Below are positions 9,306-18,927 of a stretch of DNA of 50,458 bases, in pieces. Every line of letters starts with the position of its first letter. Position 1 is the first letter of the stretch. Location: positions 1 through 50,458 of IMG/VR virus record IMGVR_UViG_3300027985_001270. One strand, 5' to 3'. The notes under the pieces were generated by a model. That model had not been told where the DNA came from. It ran no database searches and was given only the letters and a program-made list of their open reading frames with translations. The DNA comes from a virus. Its lineage: Duplodnaviria > Caudoviricetes. Made by a program: the position numbers and the translations under genes.

Positions 9306-10021
9306 TGAAACATTTAACCTTAGCAATTATGATCCTACTAGCACTAGCACTATCTTCATGTGAATCAGTTAGAGTACATAAAATAAAAAACGTTGTGCCA
9401 AACAAACCAGTTGAGGTAACTCTAACTACTAAAAACACTGTAAACATCATCGGAGAAGTAAATGAAGACTCTATGAGCAAAGCAGCTAAAGAACTAGCAC
9501 TCCTTAGAGCCAATAACCCAAAAGAAACTATCTATATCGTAGTAAACAGCCCAGGTGGATCAGTAACTGCAGGTATGAAATTCATTACATTCGCTAACGG
9601 CATAGACAACGTTAAAACTATCACAATCACTGCAATCTCTATGGGTTCAGCAATCGTAGAAGCTTTACCAGGAGAGAGACTAATAGTCCCTAATGCTACC
9701 TTTATGTTTCACAGAGCAGCAGGATCAGTAAGTGGATACTTTGATGGTGAAATAGAAACACGTTTAGCCTTCTATAAATCTTTAATAGGTGCCCTTGACA
9801 AATCAAATTCTGACCGTATTGGTATCCCACTAGAAGAATATAAAGCTAATGTACTACGTGAATGGTGGGCTTACGGAGACGAAGCAATTAAATTAAATAT
9901 GGCGGATAGAGTAGCTAAAGTAAAATGTAGTGTAGACCTAATTAAAGCAGAAGAAACTGTAATAGTAGCATCATTCTTTGGAGCATTCGAAAAGAAAATA
10001 TCTAAGTGCCCACTATTATAA
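9305..10021 (+). CDS. ClpP/crotonase-fold serine protease with lipoprotein signal peptide
   Basis: VNSPGGSV, AISMGS (Ser), FMFH (His), EA....MAD; N-terminal MKH-hydrophobic-LSSC lipobox. Confidence 0.85.
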   Translation: MKHLTLAIMILLALALSSCESVRVHKIKNVVPNKPVEVTLTTKNTVNIIGEVNEDSMSKAAKELALLRANNPKETIYIVVNSPGGSVTAGMKFITFANGIDNVKTITITAISMGSAIVEALPGERLIVPNATFMFHRAAGSVSGYFDGEIETRLAFYKSLIGALDKSNSDRIGIPLEEYKANVLREWWAYGDEAIKLNMADRVAKVKCSVDLIKAEETVIVASFFGAFEKKISKCPLL

Positions 10022-10096
10022 TAACAAATTTACATACTTATAGAGCAAAAAAACTTTATCGCCAAAATAAACAACGTAAACAAAAAGGACATTTAA

Positions 10097-10384
10097 ATGA
10101 GCCCCAAAATCAAAGCAGTTAAACTGTATCAAGCCGTCATCTTTGACAAACGATCTGAAACCTATTTCACAACTCTTCCAGTATCTAATAAAATCAGCCC
10201 AGAGATTAGATTGGTTATGGAAATAATGAGTATTGAAATTAAAAGTGCTTCAGAAACTATCTTAGTACCTATTACAAACGTATCCTGCATCTACTTAATG
10301 GACAACAGTGCTGACGATTACAAAGAGAACGTTAAGAAGATTAAAGCTGAAAAAGGCACACTAAAATCACAAGACATTAAATAA
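10097..10384 (+). CDS. hypothetical protein (Sm-like beta pattern, VPITNV)
   Basis: ORF with AAGGA RBS. Confidence 0.6.
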   Translation: MSPKIKAVKLYQAVIFDKRSETYFTTLPVSNKISPEIRLVMEIMSIEIKSASETILVPITNVSCIYLMDNSADDYKENVKKIKAEKGTLKSQDIK

Positions 10385-10392
10385 GCTTAATA

Positions 10393-11865
10393 ATGACCTT
10401 ATCAAAGAAACTAGCCATTATAGCAGAATTAAATAAAAGGAGATTGGAGACTGAAAAGCCTTCTTTCTCCTTCTATAACTTCGCCTTTGATAAGCAAATA
10501 GAATTCTTTAAAGACTCCGGTCCACGATTTAGAACCGCCGTATGTAGTCGTCGTGCTGGTAAAACTGTTGGAGTCGCAGCAGATCTTATAGATACCTGTC
10601 TAACAGAATCAAACGTAACCTGTCTTTACATAACCATAACAAAAGATAACGTTCGTCGAATAATCTGGGCAGATATTCAAAAGATCATAGAAGACTATAA
10701 AATCCCGTGCCGTATGAATAACCTCTTAATGGAAATAAAATTCCCTAACGGTTCTCGTATAATCACAGGTGGTTCTAAAGACAAATCAGAAATAGAGAAA
10801 TTCCGAGGCTTAAAGCTAAAAAAAGTATACATCGATGAGGTACAAAGTATGAGAGATCATATAAGAACCCTTATCGACGATATTATCATTCCCGCACTAA
10901 GAGACTTGCGAGGATCAATATACTTAATAGGTACCCCAGGTCCAGTAAAAGCAGGAGCCTTCTTTGACTATAGCCATAACCAAGAGTGGCATAACATTAA
11001 ATGGACAGCCTTTGATAATCCTCATATGCACAATCCAGAAAAAGGTCTGGACCTAGAGGAGACATTAAGAGAAGAGCGAAAACTAAGAGGGATTGACGAA
11101 AACGACGCTTCCTACCAACGTGAAACGTACGGAGCCTGGATAGAAGACACCGACTCTCTAGTAATTAAATATAATGAAGCTATTAACGACTATGATCACC
11201 TTCCTCCTAGTGACTTATTATATATAATGGGAGTAGATATAGGTTTCAACGACTCAGACGCTCTAGCAGTTCTAGCCTACTCAATGAAAACTAATGAAGT
11301 CTACCTCGTAGAAGAAGTTGAGAAAAATAAACAGGATATAACCGAACTAGCACACGAAATAAAAAGATTACAAGCCAAATATAAACCAGTTAAAATGGTC
11401 ATGGATGCCGGTGCCCTAGGTAAAAAGATCCAAGAAGAGTTAAGACTTAGGCACCAATTAGCCATTGATGCAGCAGATAAGAACCGTAAATTTGAATACC
11501 TTGAGTTCATGAACGCTGATTTACGCAAAGGAGTCTTAAAGGCTCATAAAGACAGTCTATTTGCCCAAGACTCAAAGCTAGTAACATGGGATAGATCCGA
11601 TAAAGAGAAGCTAAAAATATCGACTATATACCACTCAGATATCATGGATGCAGTATTATACGCTTACCGTGAATGTCGTCACTACTATAAAGAAGATGTA
11701 CGCATAACTCACGGCATCAACAGTAACGAATTCATGGATGAACTAGAAAGAAAAGAAGCTGAATCCCTACAACGTAAAGAAGAAAGTCTAGATACCTGGG
11801 AATATGAACAAATGCTTGACGAAGAATCAAGAGAGTTAAACGAATTTGGAGATGATTGGATATGA
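10393..11865 (+). CDS. terL: terminase large subunit
   Basis: Walker A SRRAGKT, Walker B YIDEVQ, GTP coupling motif, nuclease GVDIG and HSDIMDA. Confidence 0.95.
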   Translation: MTLSKKLAIIAELNKRRLETEKPSFSFYNFAFDKQIEFFKDSGPRFRTAVCSRRAGKTVGVAADLIDTCLTESNVTCLYITITKDNVRRIIWADIQKIIEDYKIPCRMNNLLMEIKFPNGSRIITGGSKDKSEIEKFRGLKLKKVYIDEVQSMRDHIRTLIDDIIIPALRDLRGSIYLIGTPGPVKAGAFFDYSHNQEWHNIKWTAFDNPHMHNPEKGLDLEETLREERKLRGIDENDASYQRETYGAWIEDTDSLVIKYNEAINDYDHLPPSDLLYIMGVDIGFNDSDALAVLAYSMKTNEVYLVEEVEKNKQDITELAHEIKRLQAKYKPVKMVMDAGALGKKIQEELRLRHQLAIDAADKNRKFEYLEFMNADLRKGVLKAHKDSLFAQDSKLVTWDRSDKEKLKISTIYHSDIMDAVLYAYRECRHYYKEDVRITHGINSNEFMDELERKEAESLQRKEESLDTWEYEQMLDEESRELNEFGDDWI

Positions 11866-12107
11866 ACATAAACGAAATTAAAGAACTTATTTTGTGGATG
11901 AAAGCCAATAAAGTTAGAAAGTTTAAAAATGCAGACTTTGACGCTGAACTATCTGATCTAGCCTTCATAGATGAATTAAATCAACCACTTACCTCACCAG
12001 ACAAAGTCAAAGAGTTCATCCCAGGAGGCTCTAACTCCTTAATGGATACAATGCAACCAATGTCAAAAGAGGAAGAAGACGAATTATTATACTGGTCAGG
12101 TAAATAG
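11856..12107 (+). CDS. hypothetical protein
   Basis: ORF between terL and portal. Confidence 0.6.
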   Translation: MDMNINEIKELILWMKANKVRKFKNADFDAELSDLAFIDELNQPLTSPDKVKEFIPGGSNSLMDTMQPMSKEEEDELLYWSGK

Positions 12108-12108
12108 A

Positions 12109-12137
12109 TTGACTAAATATAAGTAATATGATAGTCT
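12109..12137 (+). promoter_or_regulatory. sigma70-type promoter of the HNH gene
   Basis: TTGACT-17-TAGTCT with TG. Confidence 0.65.
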
Positions 12138-12153
12138 ATATTTAGGAGGGTTT

Positions 12154-12693
12154 ATGAGCAAGAAAATAGACATGGTAGGCAAGAAGATTGGTGATTGGAC
12201 AATAGTTAGCCAAGCTCATTCTACTAAAAATGGAACTATCCATTGGAATTGTATATGTAAATGCGGTCATAGAGGGATTGTAGCTGGAACAGATTTAAGA
12301 AAAGGAGAATCCTCATCTTGCAGAAAGTGTGGACATAAAAGAGCTGCTAATAAGATAAGAATTTATTCTACTAAAGAAGCAAAAGAAAGAAAATTATATA
12401 CTACTTTTAAAGCATCATCTAAATATAGGGATAAAAATAATAGTTTAAAATTAGAAGATTTCCTAAAATTAATAAGCAAAGAGTGTGAGTATTGTGGAGA
12501 AAAGCCCTTAAATGTGTCCCAACAAGGTTTAGTATATCAGGGAATAGACAGAGTAGATAATAAAAAAGGATATGAGATTGATAATGTAGTCCCTTGCTGT
12601 AAAATATGTAATAATGCTAAACATACGATGACAAAAGAAGAATGGGATTCTTGGAGACTTCGCCTAGCTAAAAAAACCTTAAATATCAAATAA
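12154..12693 (+). mobile_element. free-standing HNH homing endonuclease
   Basis: WNCICKCG, CEYCG, GIDRVDNKKGYEIDNVVPCCKICNNAK; own promoter; codon usage differs from flanks. Confidence 0.9.
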
Positions 12694-12785
12694 ATTCAAT
12701 ATCTTAAGCAAATCAAACATATATAAGCAATAACAAATATACATAAACGTAGATTATTAATATAAATATAACAAAAGGCTTATAT

Positions 12786-14705
12786 ATGACCGAATATTTG
12801 GGCTACACGGGAATTACAGAAAATGCAGGTTTACACTGGTGGTTAGAGGATGATCAAAACATCCACAACGCCGTTTTCGGACACGTTCAATACCTAACAA
12901 CCTCTCAAGCCTATAGATCCGTAGACAATATCCGCAACATGCGACTCTATGCTAACTATGACGTAGTAAGCCTAAGTAGTTATAATCATTCACGTGTAGA
13001 TAGCATGAACAACACTACCCACCGTGTAACCCTTAATGTCATTCAATCCATGATTGATACCGTAGTCTCAAAAATAACAAAAAACAAACCAAAACCAACC
13101 TTTCTAACTGACGGCGCTGACTGGGAACTACAACAAAAAGCTAAAAAACTAACCAAATTCTGTGAAGGTGTATTCTACGGTGCAAAAGTCTACCAAGAAG
13201 CGACTAAAGCCTTTATAGACGCTTGTATCTTTGGAACAGGAGCCGTTAAATTCTTTGCCTGTGATGGAGAAATTAAATGTGAGAGAGTTCTAATAGACGA
13301 AATTCTAACCGATGACGTTGAATCCTACTATGGAAAACCTAGAACCTTACATCAAACAAAGTTTATACACAAAGATATTCTTAAGGAAATGTTTCCTGGA
13401 AATGATCACCTTATAGATGAGGCAACAATCTATAATCCATCTAACTCTATTGGTGGTTACAATAAAAATAAACATATGGTTTTCGTAGTAGAATCCTGGC
13501 ACCTTCCTTCAGGAAAAAAAGCCAAAGACGGTAAGCATACAATCACCATATCAAACAAAACTCTCCTATCAGAATCTTATACAAAAGAATCTTTTCCTTT
13601 CATATTCTTAAAGTGGAATGAACGCCCAACCGGCTTTTTCGGTCAAGGTATTGCAGAAATGCTTACCGGTATCCAATTAGAAATGAATAAGATTTTGAAA
13701 ACTATCCAAATCTCTATGCACCTCGTCTCTGTACCTAAACTATTTGTTGAAGCAAGTTCTAAAATTGTAACCGCCCACTTAGACAATAAAATTGGTGGTA
13801 TTATAAAATATGCAGGTGTTAAACCAGACTATAGCCCACTTGGGGGCGTACCTCCTGAACTATTCCAACACCTAGAACGTCTATACACAAAAGCCTATGA
13901 AATAATAGGAGTTTCAAGTCTATCTGCACAAAGTCAAAAACCATCCGGACTTGATGCAGCCGTAGCCCTACGTGAATTTAACAACATAGAGTCTGAGCGC
14001 TTCATGTCTGTAGGAATCCGCTATGAACAAGCCTTCATGGACGCCTCATCTTTAATATTAAGTCTTGCAAAAGATCTATACGATCAAAACGGAGAGTTTA
14101 GCATTAAGGTTAAGGGTAATTCATTTATTGAAACCATTAACTGGGAAGATGTAAACATGGAAGACGATAAATACATGATGGAAGTATTTCCTACTTCAGC
14201 TCTAAGTAGCACACCAGCTGCACGCCTTCAAGACGTAACAGAACTTATGCAAGCGGGCTTTATATCTAAAGAAGACGGTATGAAACTGCTAGACTTCCCA
14301 GACCTTAAAGCTACTACTAACTTATATAACGCAGCCCTAGAAGATATAGAAATGACAATAGACCGTATGATGAGCAAAGGTGAATATCAACCACCTGAAG
14401 CCTATCAAAATCTATCACTCGGCATGACTAAAGTTCAGCAAGCCTATCTTCTAGCTAAAACCCAAAACGCTCCAGAAGAACGTCTAGAACTTCTCCGTCG
14501 CTGGGTTGAAGATGCATCTGCACTAATACAGAAAGCAACAGAAGCCGCAGTCCCTCCTGCCCCTGTTCCAGGGATGGAGGCTGCTGCCCCCCAAATACCA
14601 GGAGTTGAATCGCCAACTGCAGCCCCAACTGCAATACCCGAAGCAGCTCCTGTTTCTCCCTTAATGCCACTACCAGGAGCAGGAGAACCAGTACCCGGAG
14701 TTTAA
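12786..14705 (+). CDS. portal protein (P22-like) with Pro/Ala-rich tail
   Basis: Size, position, N....IDTVVSKI, GTGAVK, FPFI...W......FFG.GI motifs. Confidence 0.85.
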   Translation: MTEYLGYTGITENAGLHWWLEDDQNIHNAVFGHVQYLTTSQAYRSVDNIRNMRLYANYDVVSLSSYNHSRVDSMNNTTHRVTLNVIQSMIDTVVSKITKNKPKPTFLTDGADWELQQKAKKLTKFCEGVFYGAKVYQEATKAFIDACIFGTGAVKFFACDGEIKCERVLIDEILTDDVESYYGKPRTLHQTKFIHKDILKEMFPGNDHLIDEATIYNPSNSIGGYNKNKHMVFVVESWHLPSGKKAKDGKHTITISNKTLLSESYTKESFPFIFLKWNERPTGFFGQGIAEMLTGIQLEMNKILKTIQISMHLVSVPKLFVEASSKIVTAHLDNKIGGIIKYAGVKPDYSPLGGVPPELFQHLERLYTKAYEIIGVSSLSAQSQKPSGLDAAVALREFNNIESERFMSVGIRYEQAFMDASSLILSLAKDLYDQNGEFSIKVKGNSFIETINWEDVNMEDDKYMMEVFPTSALSSTPAARLQDVTELMQAGFISKEDGMKLLDFPDLKATTNLYNAALEDIEMTIDRMMSKGEYQPPEAYQNLSLGMTKVQQAYLLAKTQNAPEERLELLRRWVEDASALIQKATEAAVPPAPVPGMEAAAPQIPGVESPTAAPTAIPEAAPVSPLMPLPGAGEPVPGV

Positions 14706-14789
14706 ATAACAAAATTACATATATGTAAATGAGAAGCCTCGCTACTTTTAGAGGCGGCAATTATGCCAACAAGTAACTAAGGAGAATTT

Positions 14790-15713
14790 ATGTCAGATTT
14801 CATGGGTGCATTTAGCACCGAAAGTTCTATGGACGCATCAAACGGAGATATCTCAACAGGTGAAGCAGTAGTAAATGAACTAGCTGATAATCCAGAATCA
14901 GTAGAAGCAGAAGCTGAAGTAGTTGAAGAAGTAAAAAAAGAAGAACCTAAAAAAGAAGAAGATGCATTCAGCCGTAAATTTGCAGCACTAAGCAAAAAAG
15001 AGCGTCAGATCCGCCAGCGTGAACAACAACTTAACGCTAAAATGGCAGAATTAGAGGCAAAGTTAAAAGGATTAGAACCAAAAGAAGAAGTTAAGGCTCC
15101 TGTAATACCTATAGAAAAGAGATTACGAAGTAATCCTCTAGAAACCCTAAAAGATTTAGGATTAAGCTACGAGAAACTAACTGAACTAGCTCTTAATGAT
15201 GGGAAAATGTCAGTAGAAGATAGAATGGAACTTATGAGAGAAGAATTAGAAAGTGCTCATAAGTCAGAAATAGAAAAAATTAGAGAAGAACTACTAGAAA
15301 AAGAAAAGAAAACAGAACAAGAAAAATATGATGAAGTAATTCAAAATTTCATGGTCGAGCTTACGAGTTTTGTCAATAATACCGAAGATTATGAACTCAT
15401 CCGAGCAAATGATGCAGTTTCTCTGGTCTACGACGTTATTGAGCAACATCATGCGGAAACCGGTCGCATCTTGAACAACAAAGAAGCCGCTGACCTTGTC
15501 GAAGCCCACTTATTAGAAGAAGCACAAAAGCTCTTCAAGTTAAAAAAATTAGGTGCCATTAGGGCTCCTGAGGTTTCTAAAAAGCCAGAATCGAAACCAT
15601 TATCGCCAACGCTTTCAAACAGTAGTGCCCAAACTATGTCAGATAAGACTAGTAAATTGATGGATGACAGTGAACTTAAAAAGGCTGCAGCATCACTACT
15701 TAAATGGGATTAA
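14790..15713 (+). CDS. capsid scaffolding protein
   Basis: Acidic N-terminus, long coiled coil, lies between portal and capsid. Confidence 0.75.
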   Translation: MSDFMGAFSTESSMDASNGDISTGEAVVNELADNPESVEAEAEVVEEVKKEEPKKEEDAFSRKFAALSKKERQIRQREQQLNAKMAELEAKLKGLEPKEEVKAPVIPIEKRLRSNPLETLKDLGLSYEKLTELALNDGKMSVEDRMELMREELESAHKSEIEKIREELLEKEKKTEQEKYDEVIQNFMVELTSFVNNTEDYELIRANDAVSLVYDVIEQHHAETGRILNNKEAADLVEAHLLEEAQKLFKLKKLGAIRAPEVSKKPESKPLSPTLSNSSAQTMSDKTSKLMDDSELKKAAASLLKWD

Positions 15714-15767
15714 TTATTAACTTTATTTATTTATTTATTTATTTTTTAAATTAACACGGAGATTTTT

Positions 15768-16973
15768 ATGGCTTTAGATATGACTTCATTTGCCCCAGCG
15801 CTAAAACAATTATACCCAGAAAAAAGAATTGAAAACATGGTATACAAAGATAATCCTTTGTTTGCCCTTTTAGCCAAAGACACTAACTTCTATGGCGAAT
15901 TAATGAAACTTCCTATTAAATATGGTGCTCCTCAAGGTTCATCTTCAACTTTCGCTACTGCTCAAGCTAACAAAACTAGCTCTTTATTGAAAGCATTCTT
16001 AATTACAAGAAATAAAGAATATGCTCTAGCTTCTATCGATAATGAAACAATCGAAGCTTCTAGAAACAACAGTGGCGCTTTCATCGAAGCTGCTAGCTTT
16101 GAAATTGATGGTGCTATTGAAACTGCCGGTCGTAACATCGCTGCCGCTCTTTTCGGTACAGGATCAGGTTCTAGAGGACAATCTTCTGCTGCTGCTACTG
16201 GTACAAGCATTACTTTAAGTGATGTTGAATCAGTTACTAACTTTGAAGTTGGTATGGAAATTGTATTTTCTACTGCTGATGGCGGTGGAACTGTAAAATC
16301 AGGTTCAGTAACTGTTACTCACGTTAATCGTGATAGCGGTGTACTAACTGTAGATGCCCTTACTGCTATTGACGGTGGTACAGGTATTGCTGCTAGTGAT
16401 TATATCTTCAGAGAAGGTGACTATGATAGTAAATTAAAAGGTATCCAAGCATGGTTACCAGCTTCTGCTCCATCTTCAACTCCATTCTTTAACGTAGATC
16501 GTTCAACTGATCCAACACGTCTTGCTGGTATCCGATATGACGGTTCAGCTCTTCCAATTGAAGAAGCTTTAATCAGTGCTGCTTCTAGAGTTGCTCGTGA
16601 AGGTGGTAAACCAGACTACTGCTTCATGAACTACAGCAAATTTGCTGATCTTGAAAAAGCTCTTGGATCAAAAGTTCAATATATTGATCTTAAAGCTAAC
16701 GCTGAAATCGGTTTCCGAGGAATGTTAATCAACGGACCTCGCGGACCAATCAAAGTTGTAGCTGACCAAAACTGTCCAGGTGACAGAGCCTTCATGCTTT
16801 CTATGGAATACTGGAAACTTATGAGTTTAGGTGCTGCTCCTCGTATTTTAGACATTGACGGTCTTAAAATGCTTCGTGAATCTTCAGCTGATGCTGTAGA
16901 AGTACGAGTTGGCGCTTACTTACAATTAGTATGTCGTGCTCCAGGCTTCAACGCTAACATTAAATTAGTTTAA
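15768..16973 (+). CDS. major capsid protein (HK97 fold)
   Basis: Position, strongly biased codon usage, ALKQLYP/NPLFALL N-arm and VVADQNCP C-terminal pattern. Confidence 0.85.
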   Translation: MALDMTSFAPALKQLYPEKRIENMVYKDNPLFALLAKDTNFYGELMKLPIKYGAPQGSSSTFATAQANKTSSLLKAFLITRNKEYALASIDNETIEASRNNSGAFIEAASFEIDGAIETAGRNIAAALFGTGSGSRGQSSAAATGTSITLSDVESVTNFEVGMEIVFSTADGGGTVKSGSVTVTHVNRDSGVLTVDALTAIDGGTGIAASDYIFREGDYDSKLKGIQAWLPASAPSSTPFFNVDRSTDPTRLAGIRYDGSALPIEEALISAASRVAREGGKPDYCFMNYSKFADLEKALGSKVQYIDLKANAEIGFRGMLINGPRGPIKVVADQNCPGDRAFMLSMEYWKLMSLGAAPRILDIDGLKMLRESSADAVEVRVGAYLQLVCRAPGFNANIKLV

Positions 16974-16985
16974 TTTTCAATAATG

Positions 16986-17012
16986 TAGGGGGGAGTCACA
17001 TCCCCTCTATTT
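16986..17012 (+). terminator. intrinsic terminator after the capsid gene
   Basis: taggg..gga / tcccctcta stem followed by ttt. Confidence 0.6.
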
Positions 17013-17123
17013 CCCCTCCACTTTAATCAAATAACAATTCTACATCATTAATAGTCTAAAAGTCTATTCTTTGAAGTTATTTATTGTACTTAGTTATAAC
17101 TATCAACCTATAGGCTCATCAAT

Positions 17124-17312
17124 ATGAAAAAAATAATCAAAAAAATAACTCTAGGTCAAGCCATTGCTCTCATAGATGGTGATAAAAAATTTGATTACCT
17201 ACTAGAAAATTACCTAACAGAAAAGAACTATTCAATAAAAACAATACCTTACATAAACTGGATCAAATTCGTAGAGAATTACTATAAAGTAGAAATAACA
17301 AATATACCCTAA
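17124..17312 (+). CDS. hypothetical protein, 62 aa
   Basis: ORF track; weak RBS; bracketed by two late motifs. Confidence 0.45.
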   Translation: MKKIIKKITLGQAIALIDGDKKFDYLLENYLTEKNYSIKTIPYINWIKFVENYYKVEITNIP

Positions 17313-17387
17313 TAGGACATTAAGTCCTAATAACAACAGTAGGCTCTTCCATTGCCGGATGAGACTAAATTAAACTAGGAGTTTACC

Positions 17388-17759
17388 ATGGCAAATCGTA
17401 ATTTCAATCGTCGTCAAGCCCTTGAAAAAGAAGTCAAAGACATTTATGCAACTATTGCAATTGGAGCCACAGGCGCCCCAACACTTACAACAGGTGTAGG
17501 TATCGCTTCTGTTTCTAGAACCTCTCAAGGTCTTTTCAGAATCACACTAGATGACAAATTCATCAGTCTTAAAAGCGTAAAAGTTATCCATGAAGTATCA
17601 ACTGCTGAAGATTTAACATTCCAAGTAAAAGCTGAAGATGTAGCTGGTTCAACTAAATCAGTAGATATTCTATCTCTTACTTCTGGCGTAGCTACTGACC
17701 CATCTGATGGTGCCATTCTTCATGTGAAAATTGAACTTAAAAACTCTTCTGCTATATAA
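17388..17759 (+). CDS. virion structural protein (decoration/cement-like), paralog A
   Basis: Follows capsid; MANRNFNR.QALEKE.KDIY and IELKN shared with the next gene. Confidence 0.65.
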   Translation: MANRNFNRRQALEKEVKDIYATIAIGATGAPTLTTGVGIASVSRTSQGLFRITLDDKFISLKSVKVIHEVSTAEDLTFQVKAEDVAGSTKSVDILSLTSGVATDPSDGAILHVKIELKNSSAI

Positions 17760-17772
17760 TTAGGAGGATCCA

Positions 17773-18552
17773 ATGGCTAATCGTAATTTTAACAGAAAAC
17801 AAGCATTAGAGAAAGAGATTAAAGATATCTACGTAGAAGGAACTTATACTGCTGCAGTACAAGCTACAGGAACTTTAACTCTTACCTCTGATATAGTACT
17901 AACAAAAGTAATTGGTGGAGATTCTAATAACGGTAGTACTCTAACTACTGAAGTTGAAGCCGCTGCTGCTAACCCAACAGACACAATACTTGTAGACGTT
18001 ACAGGAACTGCAGATGCAATAGTAATCACAGTAACTCCTAACGACGGTACAAACAATGGTGCTACACCAGTAGATCTTACAACTGCTGAACTAGTAGAAT
18101 TAATCAATACTGGATCAGTATCTGGAAAGACAGTAACTCTTACTGATACTTCAAGCTTAATAGACGATCAAACTGCAACTGGTGGAGATACAACCGTACT
18201 AGTAGACGGTGGAGAAGGTGACAGTGTAGTAGCTACTTTTGCTGGAGGATCAGACTCATCAATAGCCCTAATTACTAACCAACTTAAGTGGGGTATTGTA
18301 AGCCTTTCTGAAACTGCAGTAGGTACTTTTAGAGTAGTTCTATCAGATAAATACCCAAGTTTTAAAATGTTTGATGGTCATTTAATCTCTAGCACTGCCC
18401 AAGATATTAACTTTCAAGTTAAAGCAGAAGACGTTAACGGTTCAACACCATACATCGACTTCTTCACGCTATCAGGTGCTACAGCAACAAATCCAGCAGA
18501 CGGATCTATAATTAAATTATCAATTGAACTTAAAAACATAACAGTATTATAA
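17773..18552 (+). CDS. virion structural protein, paralog B with inserted ~135-aa domain
   Basis: Aligns with paralog A at both ends; central insert matches the repeats in 21193..25452. Confidence 0.7.
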   Translation: MANRNFNRKQALEKEIKDIYVEGTYTAAVQATGTLTLTSDIVLTKVIGGDSNNGSTLTTEVEAAAANPTDTILVDVTGTADAIVITVTPNDGTNNGATPVDLTTAELVELINTGSVSGKTVTLTDTSSLIDDQTATGGDTTVLVDGGEGDSVVATFAGGSDSSIALITNQLKWGIVSLSETAVGTFRVVLSDKYPSFKMFDGHLISSTAQDINFQVKAEDVNGSTPYIDFFTLSGATATNPADGSIIKLSIELKNITVL

Positions 18553-18566
18553 CAGGAGTATTAACT

Positions 18567-18860
18567 ATGATGATGGGTGGAGATAGAAAAGGAATAGCAG
18601 CCCTTATAATTAAAAAAATGGGAAAACCAGGAAAAGAAGAAATCGAGAAAAAAGACGTTAACGAAAATGGAGATGAAATTGACAATAACGCCGGTCTCGA
18701 TGCTGCCGTTCAAGAAATGTTTGATGCATTTCAAGTATCTAACAAAGATAAATTTAAAATAGCTCTTAAATCTTTTATCGAACTATGTGAAAACAATGAA
18801 GAAGAAGAGGAAGAAGAGCTAGAAGGTCCTGAAGAAGAATCTTCTAACGAAATGGAATAA
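18567..18860 (+). CDS. small acidic protein
   Basis: ORF with AGGAG RBS. Confidence 0.6.
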   Translation: MMMGGDRKGIAALIIKKMGKPGKEEIEKKDVNENGDEIDNNAGLDAAVQEMFDAFQVSNKDKFKIALKSFIELCENNEEEEEEELEGPEEESSNEME

Positions 18861-18870
18861 TGTACTATCA

Positions 18871-18907
18871 TAAGGCACCATATGTAAAAAGTATGGTGTC
18901 TTATTTT
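18871..18907 (+). terminator. intrinsic terminator
   Basis: taaggcaccatat / gtatggtgtctta stem then tttt. Confidence 0.7.
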
Positions 18908-18927
18908 AATCCAAAAGGATAAAAAAA

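Noticed and set aside
9305-10021. Prohead maturation protease
   Set aside because: The lipobox and a position away from portal/scaffold/capsid argue against it, though it is not formally excluded
15714-15750. (TTTA)n tract as a microsatellite or phase-variation site
   Set aside because: Short and imperfect; more simply a U-rich translational enhancer before the capsid RBS
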